From NCBI RefSeq assembly GCF_964204645.1, contig NC_134029.1, positions 18,718,950 to 18,782,949 on the forward strand: a stretch of DNA of 64,000 nucleotides, in the 5' to 3' direction. Made by a program: the position numbers and the translations under genes. Below are positions 39,201 through 49,860 of this stretch, piece by piece. The stretch comes from Tubulanus polymorphus. Its lineage: Eukaryota > Animalia > Nemertea. The notes beneath the pieces are model-generated. The model did no database searches, was not told the origin of the DNA, and worked only from the letters and a program-made list of their open reading frames with translations. Each line of letters begins with the position of its first letter. Positions within the stretch are counted from its first letter, which is position 1.

Positions 39201-41151
39201 GTGGTTTTAGCTCTGTTAATGGTTGGTCGATCTTGATGAAACGATGTTAGTGCGGGGGTCTAATGGGGAACAGGCACTCCAGCTATCCCGTCAGATGGCG
39301 CCACTGAGTTATCAGAAAGCACTCGATCAAAATTAGTTCATTTTCAAGTAACTTTGATCTCAATTTTTGGTCTTTCCAATCGGAAAATTGGGCAAATCAC
39401 GCAATAAACTCTGATTAGTCTTTAGAGTTCATGTGCCACAATTTGCATGTATCATAGAATTTGATGAATTATTGTTAGATTTTAATTGAGTTTGAGAAGA
39501 AATCCAGCGATGACGTCGTATTGTACACTAGCGAACCTGGCGGATTATGGTGGAATTCCGCTTACCACAGTAGTGTGCCGGTACCCCGTTGTGCTGTGCA
39601 AAGAATGGGCCAATGCGCCACCTAGCGGCAGAACTAGGCACTGAAAACTCTTTTTTTCAGCAACATGGCTAATTGCTCAGGAACGGGGTCGAAGTTCAAA
39701 AAGTTGTTTTGATAAAATTTAGCTTGACCCTAGATACAAATTTTCCAAAATGCAGTGGTAACTAATGCATTGGAATTTTGAAGTTGCTTCATGCACACGC
39801 CAGTGACTACCAATTCGAGCCTGAGCCCGACAACCGTTGTCGCATATGGCGCTTGTTTTCCTATAGATTTCTGCCTGCTATTCCAGTCCGGTAATATCAT
39901 GTTTCGAGTATGTCATATACTCATGTTTAAACGCATGCTGTGCGTATGTGTGCACCTGTAGCAGATATTGTTGTCGCTGGATATTATTGTGTCAAAAAGG
40001 ACTAGAAAACGTAACAAGTATCCGACTATCGTTGATTTGCCGGGGGAAAAAACCAGATGGTACCCCTCATGAAATAATTTACATTCGTTGTATAGAAAAT
40101 GCTTTTGCAGCATATTATTTTCATCGCTTTTACTAAATCATGGCAACATAGGACATTCCCCTAATTGTAAAACGGGGGTAGCCATATGATTGCAACCTAA
40201 TCCGAAACCATAGAAATATAAACTATAGGGGAAGACTGACTTCTGTGCAAATAAGCGCAATGATGAAATTCTGGAACGCATGCACATATTGGAAGCAATT
40301 TCAGCTAATTGCCGATTTTGACAGGTTCTGATATGTTACCGCGTCAAATTTGCTTTGATTTCTTCAAAAACGTATTCAAAGAAAAAAAACATCTTTCGCC
40401 GCTGCAGTCACTTTGCTTCCAACACCACTGGAGCGCCCTCTAGGGTTGTTGCAATAAACAATAGATTCTGGGTAAAATATTTTCTCCACAAGCATTAAGG
40501 TTGGGGTTTTTCGAGATTTGATTAAGTTTTAAAAAAATTCATGTAAATGAGCCGGTATTCCCTTCAGCGAAACAGCGAATCCAAACACAAAAATGCATTT
40601 CAAAGGTAATAGATGCTTAAAACTCTTTCAGTGCTGACTAATTTATTAATGCCCGAAAGTGCTAGGGGTAATTTGAAAGTTTAAAGAACCTTCCATCCCA
40701 GCGTGCTGAATAACGGGCAAACCGCTTTAGCGCGTCTGTTTGACAGGTGCTGCTATCTCTCAATAGCGATAGAGAATAATTATTAATAGTCTGTACACAG
40801 CGATGCGGTGTATTAGCAAAGCTCATCGATGATTCATACACCGCACTGTGGTGTAGACGCGCTGAAAGGGTTGATAGTTGTGATTTGGCGGTGAGACGCG
40901 GGTGCGTTTTTTCATATCCCTAATCTCCACGTCCCTATTAGGTACCGGTAGTTAAGTCGCTCGACAGTTTGTAACGACGATGTTGTCGCTTTTCTCGTAA
41001 CAGGTTAAGACGGCGTCGAAGCAAAACGAAGAAGTACGGCGTGATATCCACTCCCGGTCACGATAATATGGAGATGACGCCTTTAGACCAGGACGACGAC
41101 GACGAGGACATGACCGTGTTCGAGTTGAATAACGGCCACATGCGAAAATAG
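36263..41151 (+). CDS. FAM174: FAM174-family single-pass membrane protein; exons 36263-36648 and 41004-41151
   Basis: Signal peptide, S/T/P-rich ectodomain, TM (YVLIGITAVVILCFAV), then RRRRSKTKKYGVI..NMEMTPLDQDDDDEDMTVFE typical of FAM174A/B tails. Confidence 0.85.
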
Positions 41152-42659
41152 CACGGTAAGTTTTTTAGGACGGAAGTCAATCACCGCTAATTCACGTGTA
41201 GCGATGCATAGGCAATAGGGATAACAGTACCGATGTGTTTAGAAGTAAGCTCGGGGACTGAAGTGTTCGGTTAAGTTCGACGGAGTGAGTGAAAATCAAA
41301 GCAGATCGTACTGTACGCCTATGTCTTTTCGAACGGTTAGTTGTTGGAAAAAATAATTTGAGCGCAAGGGAAATCAAAATTTTGCGCAGTTTCCAAAGAA
41401 TGGATATACCGCATTTACCGCGACTCATAAAACATCCCCCATTTATGTTATGTTAAAACTCAATCGTTTTATTTATAACGATTTAATTTCTATAACGCCA
41501 TTTTCACCGTTATGCGACGTTCAACAGTGCTGCCAATACTGGTAGTTGGTATTATTACCCCTATCCTAGGCTAGCCGCAAATACGCGCAGACGATCTGGC
41601 CGAAACCATATTCGGTCTGTATCCGGCCGGAGTCAAATCTGGCCCATGTCTAATAAGATGGCTTGTTCACACGTAAACCAACAAAGCGAAGTGAGTCACT
41701 TCCGGAACTAGTTGCAATTCATACGCAATAATTTGACCCGTGCGAAAATTTGGCCCAGAACAAAAATGCTTGTGCAAATACGGTTTACTGTAACCATGCA
41801 TCGGTCATCTCTCCGTGGGGCGGTGTAACACATGAGCAACTAATAAGCGCTCAGGATTCATCTATTAGGCCAGGTACCCATTATCTCCTGGGTGGGGAGA
41901 GGCAATGATGATAAAGTGTCTTGTGCGGGGATACTACGGGTTTCGAACCTACGACCTGGCTTCGCGGATTCAAACGCTCTAACCATTCGGCCGCACCGCT
42001 TTACAAGACTCGACTAGTACAAACTTCATCATAGACTGAACCCAGCCCGATGTATGTGCTACATATTTATTATCATTGATTCCAATCAATTCGTATTGTA
42101 GGCAACATTAAATGACTGGACAAACTAGGGTGTAAAATTTTCGGCAGGACGTTTCGGGGACCTTTTCATAAAAACTCTCGAATGTTTCATCCACGTTATT
42201 CAGATTGTATTACAGCGGACTATAGCTGAGTAATGATCTTTGAAATGGCCCCCGGGTCCTGTTTATCATGTAAACATCTCGTAAATCTTACGAAATCTAT
42301 ACCGACATGAATTTGATTTCAACTGAAATTGTCTCTCGTCGTCCCTCGGACCTGAATTAATAATATCTATTTCTTCATATTCTCCTCGGATGAATTGATC
42401 GTCGCATTCATTCCGCTCGAGACGTCTCGAAGTGCCGATCATCTCCGGTTTATCAACCGTCGCCGTGGAATCCTTCTTCGAATTCTAGACCGATATCTCG
42501 AGGAATCGCTTCGAATCCTATACCTCTAGTGGTAGGCCTACGCCTAACGTTTGTTTATTCAATTCATTTTTACAGTCAAACCTGGAAACATCGTGCTTAC
42601 AATATAGCACTGTCTAACTGACAAGGGTGCTTGGTTTGTCTTTCTCAGTTAGCAACCAT

Positions 42660-42874
42660 TAAACTAGCATCACCTCCCTCTCTCTCCCTCTCCTCTCTAT
42701 CCAACTAGCATCGCCTCCCTCCCTCTCTCTCCCTCTCCTCTATCCAACTAGCATCGCCTCCCTCCCTCTCTCTCCCTCCCTCTTCTCTCCCTCTCCCCTC
42801 TCTATCCAACTAGCATTGCCTCCCTCTTCTCTCTCTTCCTCCCTCTTCTCTCTCTTCCTCCCTCTTCTCTCTTC

Positions 42875-42916
<42 letters not shown>

Positions 42917-43000
42917 TCTCCCCTCTCTCTCTCTTCTCTCTATCCAACTAGAATCGCCTCCATCCCTCTTCTCCCTCCCTCTCCCCCTCTCCCTCCCCCA
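42660..43000. repeat. CT-rich minisatellite/microsatellite
   Basis: Recurring TATCCAACTAGCATCGCCTCCC units separated by (CT)n tracts. Confidence 0.85.
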
Positions 43001-44008
43001 CTCGGAATTTGGTCGTTTTCACCAAATGGGCATATAATCCAATCAAATTTACAGCACATACCGTATAAAAACGATACAATTTAGTATTCGAGTAATTTCG
43101 AGTAATTCGTCGCAATGATCGCTGTGAAGGACATTATAACGAGAGAACGAAAATCTGTGGCACTCAGATAATCATATAATATGTGCTGTGATGAAAAACT
43201 ACTTCGGTTGCTATCAGTGATTCTTTGATGAATGTAAATAGGCTTACCCCATTATGTCCTGCATCGTCGGGGCTATTATTGATAGTTACGTCCATAAAAT
43301 TTGAAATGCGAATCTCCCATCGTTGATCGATGATGTCGGATTGACGGCAGAATTCGGTACAGGTTTCGATGACAGATACAAGTTTTGTGTGATAGAGTTT
43401 GTTATGTTTAGTAGGGTTTTAACAGTGTAACCCTAGTGGGTCTTAAGAGACGGCCAAGTTAGCAGAGCTTAGTCCATGTATGTGTCTTGACAGCCAACAA
43501 CAGATGTGGTTTCGAACCAGGGACCTCTTGGTTCCCAGTCCTCCACTAAACCATCTGAGTTAATGGCACAGGACTTGTCGTGTGGATCTGTCTGATCCTC
43601 GCAGGTAACCCATCCACCCTTTTGAAAGCCTATCATCCCTAGTGGGGGAGCGATATCTTGTTTTAGTCAGCGGGTGCCGTTTGCTGTCTCGCTTGAGGCC
43701 TCGTTAGCGTGATATAGCCTGCAATTCTCAATGGATTTCCATGAACCTTGGTCTGAGGATTGGGCCAGGTGTAATGTCCACCCCTATTGAAAATGGAGGT
43801 TATCGACTGTCTGATATGGTCATCAGGGCGGCCATATTGAATTTCATGTAAAGGCGATACAGCCAGGGCGAACTTCGGTTTTCGAAGTTATACGACTAGT
43901 GGTTTGAACTAATAACCGAACGCTTTATTTCGGTCGTAACGCCATCTTTCACAAAGTCGGCCATCTTGAAACTAGGTCCAAACTACAGCAACCATGCTCA
44001 ATCATGTG

Positions 44009-44389
44009 AGTAATAGGGATAATAGGCTTTCATACCAAAGGTCGAAGGGTCGAGCTCGTAAAAAAATGAAAATAATAATTTACAGTTGAATTAGTCGCGC
44101 ACACTCCTAATTCAACTGTAAATTATTATTATTTTCATTTTTTTACTCACTCACCCCTTCAACCTTTGATACGAAAGCCTATTATCCCTATTACTCTTAA
44201 AATATTCACATAAATGAATAACATTTAAATCATTGAACTTCTAAAATCAATTTTAATAAAAAATATAGTATTAAAATGGAAGCAAATAAATACTACTGCC
44301 CAACATGTAAGATAAGTATAGATAAATCCCAAAAAGCAAGACACAATAAAACTATAACACATTTAGAGAATAAATTGAAACTAGAATAT
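44009..44389 (+). repeat. Left TIR (outer 187 bp self-complementary)
   Basis: Reverse complement of 60479-60859; one mismatch seen, near the inner edge (44381). Confidence 0.95.
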
Positions 44390-44536
44390 TTACAGTTATA
44401 TTCAGAACAGTTAACAAAAGGAAAGAAATTTATTGAATTATGGAATAATGATCCAAATAATGAACAATACGTTGAGGAATTTATTATCAAGGAATCGAAA
44501 GAACTTATCAAAGCAACGAAGAATGAAAAAGGATGA
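44276..44536 (+). CDS. 86-aa chimeric ORF: pPolB N-terminal zinc finger plus duplicated HNH-ORF tail
   Basis: First 38 aa identical to ORF 60592(-); LQLYSEQLTK..YVEEF.IK matches the end of ORF 44605-45279. Confidence 0.6.
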   Translation: MEANKYYCPTCKISIDKSQKARHNKTITHLENKLKLEYLQLYSEQLTKGKKFIELWNNDPNNEQYVEEFIIKESKELIKATKNEKG

Positions 44537-44604
44537 TGTTGGTCGAAGAAATAGAAGAGGATTATAAATTATTAACCAATTTAGTAAAAAAATACGTATA
44601 ATAA

Positions 44605-45279
44605 ATGGAACCAGAACAACCACAAACTATCAATATTACAAATAACACTGGCGTTATAAACATATATTACAAGAAATGTTCTAAATGTGAATTAGATAAA
44701 TCATTAACAGAATTTAGTAAGCGTAAGATTAGCAAAGATGGTTTTCAATATTGCTGTAAAACTTGTACTAAACTATATACCAAACAATACCGAGAAGATA
44801 ATAGAGAATCTTATAATGATTATATGACAGAATATATGAGAGAAAGATATCAAACAGATCTTAATTTTAGATTGAAACAATGTTTACGGTCTAGATTAAC
44901 ACAATTATTCAACAAAGAAACACATTCAGAAACATTATCTAATTTATTGGGTTGTTCAGATGAATTTCTCAAATCATGGATTATATTTCAATTCGATGAT
45001 AAAATGAATATAGATAATTATGGGGATTATTACCATATTGATCACGTGTTACCAATATCTAAATTTAACATGAATGATGAATACAATAAAAAACTTATTT
45101 GGAATTGGAAAAATTTAAGACCTTTAGAAAAGAAAGAAAATCAAACCAAATCTAATAAACTAGATTTACAGTTATATTCAGAACAGTTAACAAAAGCAAA
45201 GAAATTTATTGATCAATGGAATAATAATCCAAATAATGAACGATACGTTGAGGAATTTGATATCAAGGATCCGAAATGA
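44605..45279 (+). CDS. HNH-type endonuclease with N-terminal Cys4 zinc site
   Basis: CSKC..CKTC; NYGDYYHIDHVLPISKF..WNWKNLRPLEKKENQTKSNK. Confidence 0.8.
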   Translation: MEPEQPQTINITNNTGVINIYYKKCSKCELDKSLTEFSKRKISKDGFQYCCKTCTKLYTKQYREDNRESYNDYMTEYMRERYQTDLNFRLKQCLRSRLTQLFNKETHSETLSNLLGCSDEFLKSWIIFQFDDKMNIDNYGDYYHIDHVLPISKFNMNDEYNKKLIWNWKNLRPLEKKENQTKSNKLDLQLYSEQLTKAKKFIDQWNNNPNNERYVEEFDIKDPK

Positions 45280-45582
45280 CTTATCTGGACAGTTATAACT
45301 ACTGCTCCTAATAGATAAACAAAAGTAGTGAGATATCAAATCCTAATTTAAATAAAAAGTATTTAAAAAACAATAACTTCAACTAGCTATCGAATTCTAT
45401 TATATTTTTAATATTTTCTTTTCAAAAAGAGAATACTTTATATTTTGAATAGATCCGAATAGAAATTCTTTAAATTCAAATAGCTAGTATCAGTAGTCAA
45501 TACTAGAATTCTTTAGCTTTAACTAGCTAGTATCATTTTATAATACTTATAATACTATTCTTATTAAATTTCTCTAATATAA

Positions 45583-46185
45583 ATGTCAAAGAAATCTAAT
45601 AAGAATAGTATTGATATTGAAAAAACATTAGATGATTTAGGTATTAGTGATAATAAGGATACAGTTGTTTCTAATTCTATTCAAGTTAATAACAATATAG
45701 ATTATGAATACTATTTATATTGTAAGCATCATCTTGAATTATTAATTGCTGGCGGGAAATCTAAGGACTTCTTAGGAAAAATAATAACTTTTCAAGAACT
45801 AGACTCTATGAAACCCGATAAAGTAATAAAATATTTTAAGATTTATGAAGAAGCAAGATTAGCTAGAATAAATGATTCTATTTCAGATGGTATTGTCAAA
45901 TGTTATTCAAAATTATGTAACCAGTTAATACCAATTGATGATGAAAATAAATTATATAATGATTTGAAAAATGATTATTTAGTTATGACTGAATTACAAA
46001 AATGGGTTGGTTATGCTTCATTTCAATTAGGATCGGTTATGACATTGATTTCTACTGGAGTTATAACATTTTCGAACATCAAACCTATGGAATATAAATC
46101 AGGTAAGAACGAAACAGATGTACTACAACCAAACGTCGAAACAGAAAATGAATCAGAACAAAAATTAACTAAAATAAATGAGTGA
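45583..46185 (+). CDS. Polinton protein of unknown function (200 aa), hydrophobic C-proximal segment
   Basis: Long ORF in AT-rich DNA with TAAATG start. Confidence 0.7.
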   Translation: MSKKSNKNSIDIEKTLDDLGISDNKDTVVSNSIQVNNNIDYEYYLYCKHHLELLIAGGKSKDFLGKIITFQELDSMKPDKVIKYFKIYEEARLARINDSISDGIVKCYSKLCNQLIPIDDENKLYNDLKNDYLVMTELQKWVGYASFQLGSVMTLISTGVITFSNIKPMEYKSGKNETDVLQPNVETENESEQKLTKINE

Positions 46186-46525
46186 TGGAGTTAAGAAAAA
46201 GGCTAGATCAGAGAAACAAATTAAATGGGCAAGAGAATTAGGTAAAAGATCATCAGAATTAAAAAAAGCTAAGAAAAAGAAATTAACTGATATAAATGAA
46301 TCACCTGGTATTGATTCAAATAATAATCCATCTGATTCTTCTAATGTTGGAAGTAATAATAAATTATATATTACAATTGGGTTAATCACAATTATTATAT
46401 TATCCGGTGTAATATATAAATCAAAATTCAAATCTGATGATAAAGATGATTCCAATGATGATAAACCTATTATACCAGAAAATAAATCAAATGAAAATAA
46501 ATCTAAAATATTATTAATGGATTAA
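46178..46525 (+). CDS. Small basic single-TM protein (115 aa)
   Basis: Lys-rich N-terminus; TM LYITIGLITIIILSGVIY. Confidence 0.7.
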   Translation: MSDGVKKKARSEKQIKWARELGKRSSELKKAKKKKLTDINESPGIDSNNNPSDSSNVGSNNKLYITIGLITIIILSGVIYKSKFKSDDKDDSNDDKPIIPENKSNENKSKILLMD

Positions 46526-46531
46526 AATATA

Positions 46532-47617
46532 ATGAAAAAAGAACAATATTTAAGAGAGTTATATTATAACCCAGAAAGTGAAGTATCATATTCTAACGTT
46601 TCAGAATTATGGAATAAAATTAAATCTGATAATAGTGATATAAAATATGGTGAATTAAAATCATGGTTACAAAATCAACCCACATATCAAATTCATAAAA
46701 AGATGGATAAAAAATATTTAACAAGAAAAGTTATGGTTTCATATATTGACCAACAATGGCAAGCTGATTTAATTGACATGAAAAACTTAGAAGAATACAA
46801 TAAAGGATATTTTTGGATACTAAATGTTATAGACATATTCAGTAGATACGCATGGTCAATTCCAATCAAAAATAAAACTGGAATAGAAGTTACAAATTCT
46901 TTCAAATTAATATTTAAAGAAGTTATTCCAGATAAAATACAATTTGATGAAGGTAAGGAATTTTATAACAAACATTTTAAAAAACTATTAACTGATAACG
47001 ATGTAGAATATTTTTCAACACATTCAGATAAAAAAGCATCTGTTATAGAAAGATTTAATAAAACATTGAAAACTAGAATGTGGAAATATTTTACTGCTAA
47101 TGAAACATATAAATATATCGATGTGTTAGATGATTTAGTTAAAGGTTATAATAATTCTAAACATAGTTCTATAAATATGAAACCTATACAAGCTAGAAAA
47201 GAAGATAATTCAGAAATAGTTTGGAATAATTTATATGGCGCATTTGTTACACACGATTTTGGAGAACCTAAATTTAAAATAGGACAACATGTTAGAATAT
47301 CTAAATATCGAAAAACATTTTATAAAGGTTATACCCCTAATTTTACTGAAGAAATATTTAAAATTAAAAAGATAATATTAACTAAACCATTTGTTTATAA
47401 ACTAGAAGATCTAAAAGATGAAGAAATATTAGGTTATTTTTATGAACAAGAATTATCATTAGTACCAAATCCAGATGAAATAGAATACAAAATAGAAAAA
47501 GTATTGAAAACAAAAACTCTTAAAGGAAAAAAGTATTCTTTGGTGAAATATAAAGGATATGATGATAAATTTAATGAATGGATTTTATCTAGTAAAATTA
47601 AAAGAATAAATGAATAA
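46532..47617 (+). CDS. Retroviral-type (rve) DDE integrase with C-terminal chromodomain
   Basis: WQADLIDM, VIDIFSRYAW, IQFDEGKEF, SVIERFNKTLK, YNNSKHSSI; YKIEKVL..LVKYKGYDDKFNEWI. Confidence 0.95.
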   Translation: MKKEQYLRELYYNPESEVSYSNVSELWNKIKSDNSDIKYGELKSWLQNQPTYQIHKKMDKKYLTRKVMVSYIDQQWQADLIDMKNLEEYNKGYFWILNVIDIFSRYAWSIPIKNKTGIEVTNSFKLIFKEVIPDKIQFDEGKEFYNKHFKKLLTDNDVEYFSTHSDKKASVIERFNKTLKTRMWKYFTANETYKYIDVLDDLVKGYNNSKHSSINMKPIQARKEDNSEIVWNNLYGAFVTHDFGEPKFKIGQHVRISKYRKTFYKGYTPNFTEEIFKIKKIILTKPFVYKLEDLKDEEILGYFYEQELSLVPNPDEIEYKIEKVLKTKTLKGKKYSLVKYKGYDDKFNEWILSSKIKRINE

Positions 47618-48221
47618 AGATTTATTTATATTTGAACCACATAATATGTTAGTTACTGGAGTTACAAATTGTGGTAAAACACACTTCATATTATATTTAT
47701 TAGAAACTATTTATAAGAATCATTTTGATAATATAATATTATTCTGTCCTACTTATGAAATGAATGAAACGTATAATAGAGATATAGTTAAGATAAAAAA
47801 GTTTATTATATTAGATCCTAAAACAGTAAAAGAAAATTTAGATAATTGTATTAAAATTGCATTAGATATTTATAAAGGATCAAATACATTATTCATTATA
47901 GATGATTGCGCAAATTTACATGATTCTAAAATTAGAGAAAGTGAGTTATGTTATTTAGCTTTCTCTGGTAGACATTTTGGGATAACAACATGGGTTTTAA
48001 ATCAGAAATATAATTCAATTGTTAAAGACTTTAGAGAGAATATAAGATTTCTAGTTTTATTTTATAATAAAGATAAAAAATCTATGCAACAATCATTGGA
48101 AGAAAATCAAATTATACCTACTGAATTACATGATGAATATATGAATAAATTAAAGAATAATAAAGGTTCCAAATTACTTATGAGATTACAATTTCCATAT
48201 GAATATAAATTTATAAAATAA
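47610..48221 (+). CDS. A32-like (FtsK-HerA) genome packaging ATPase
   Basis: Walker A GVTNCGKT, Walker B FIIDD, SGRH, WVLNQ, FRENI. Confidence 0.92.
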   Translation: MNKDLFIFEPHNMLVTGVTNCGKTHFILYLLETIYKNHFDNIILFCPTYEMNETYNRDIVKIKKFIILDPKTVKENLDNCIKIALDIYKGSNTLFIIDDCANLHDSKIRESELCYLAFSGRHFGITTWVLNQKYNSIVKDFRENIRFLVLFYNKDKKSMQQSLEENQIIPTELHDEYMNKLKNNKGSKLLMRLQFPYEYKFIK

Positions 48222-48237
48222 AATCCTAATTCAAAAT

Positions 48238-48759
48238 ATTATAGAATTCACTGTATACTAATGGATGAGTGGATGAATTGGATGAATTGGATGAATTGGA
48301 AGAGTGGATGAATGGAAGAGTGTAATAATATATAATTTACATATGTTTTTTATTTTTAAAACAGTAAGAGTTTGATTTGAAGATGTCATATAATAATAAA
48401 TATATTTTTATAAAATAATAAAATGACAGATAATAAATGTCATATAATAATAAATATATTTTTATAAAATGATAAATAATAAAATGATAAATAATAAAAT
48501 GATAAATAATAAATATATTTTTATAAAATAATAAATAATAAAATGATAAATAATAAATGTCATATAATAATAAATATATATTGTGTTAAATTTAATAAAG
48601 AATAAAAATATTATATTTATACTCATACTATTCTTCCAATTTATGTGTTAAAAAGTAAAATATATATATTATTACACTCTTCCACTCTTCCACTCTTCCA
48701 ATTCTTCCAACTCATCCAACTCATCCATTCATCCATCAATATACAGTGAATTCTATAAT
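48238..48759. repeat. Central inverted repeat enclosing AT-rich tandem repeats
   Basis: ATTATAGAATTCACTGTATA / TATACAGTGAATTCTATAAT, arrays of TGGAWGART 9-mers on both arms, internal ATAAAATGATAAATA repeats. Confidence 0.85.
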
Positions 48760-48763
48760 CTTT

Positions 48764-49828
48764 TTAATTTTCATTTTCATATTTTTCTTTAAGCTTATTG
48801 TATTCTAAATATATATCCCTTTGCATTTTCATTGGTATAATTCCTGAACGATTCCCGAGTTTATATTTCCTAAATGTTTCTCTTGAAAATATTTTTGGAA
48901 TATAATTTTCGATTTCAGTTTTAGATGGATGTTTATTTAAAAATTCTCTAAAATCATCATATTTAAGTTCAAATAAGTTCATTGCATAAGTAACATTTGG
49001 TTTAAAGTTATCTAACTTTTTCAATATGGTAACTATATCATTACTCAAGAAATAATCTATAAATGTTTTTCTATACCACCGATAATCTAATATATTCTTA
49101 TTATTAAATTTTGGATTTATAACTGTTGGATCTTCTATTACATTATCTGTACCAATATGTTTAATTGAGTATTTATGATTCAATTGTTTATCATATATTA
49201 CATATTCTTTACATTTTTCACACCAAGATTTAAATACTTTTATTGCATGGGCTGAATCATTTCCACTTTTTGTTTTTAATTTATAATGTTTTGCCCAATT
49301 AGCCTTTGTTATACATTCATTACAGAAAGCACAATAATTCTGATCCTCTTTACATTTATCTTTATATATATTGGCATATGTTTTTACTAATTGTAAAATA
49401 TGTTCATCTTTTTTGATGTGTAATAAATAATCATTATAATTATCAAAATCTTCTTCACAATACATACATCTGATGTTATCTTTTGGTTGAACATTTGATT
49501 TTTCTATTTTTGTTTCAATCTTATGTTCTATTTTAGGTTCAATATTATCGTCATTCGATGTAGAAGGTATAACATTATCTTCTATTTTAGGTTCAATATT
49601 ATCTTCTATTTTTATATCAATATTATCTTTTATTTTAGGTTCAATATTATCTTCTATTTTTATATCAATATTATTATTACGTTTAATTAAATATTCTTTG
49701 TATTGATTTAATTCATTTAATAAAAATGTTCCAATATATTCATTTATTCTTTTATAAGGTATTACATAATACAAATCATCATTGATTTCTTTATCAGCTT
49801 TGATTCTTTCATATACTTTACCTTCCAT
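48764..49828 (-). CDS. Multi zinc-finger protein with (IKIEDNIEPK)-type repeats (354 aa)
   Basis: CMYC..H..H, CAFC..H..H, CEKC..H..H. Confidence 0.75.
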   Translation of the reverse strand: MEGKVYERIKADKEINDDLYYVIPYKRINEYIGTFLLNELNQYKEYLIKRNNNIDIKIEDNIEPKIKDNIDIKIEDNIEPKIEDNVIPSTSNDDNIEPKIEHKIETKIEKSNVQPKDNIRCMYCEEDFDNYNDYLLHIKKDEHILQLVKTYANIYKDKCKEDQNYCAFCNECITKANWAKHYKLKTKSGNDSAHAIKVFKSWCEKCKEYVIYDKQLNHKYSIKHIGTDNVIEDPTVINPKFNNKNILDYRWYRKTFIDYFLSNDIVTILKKLDNFKPNVTYAMNLFELKYDDFREFLNKHPSKTEIENYIPKIFSRETFRKYKLGNRSGIIPMKMQRDIYLEYNKLKEKYENEN

Positions 49829-49860
49829 TTATTATATACATTTTTATTAAAGTTAAAATT

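Noticed and set aside
42816-43037. 73-aa Ser/Leu-rich ORF
   Set aside because: Translation of a CT microsatellite
44004-44008. Alternative boundary GAGT...ACTC with 4-bp TSD ATGT
   Set aside because: Formally possible, but AG...CT ends with a 6-bp TSD are the Polinton norm and fit exactly
48262-48325. CRISPR-like or telomeric array
   Set aside because: Short 9-mers without unique spacers, eukaryotic context, not TTAGGG-type
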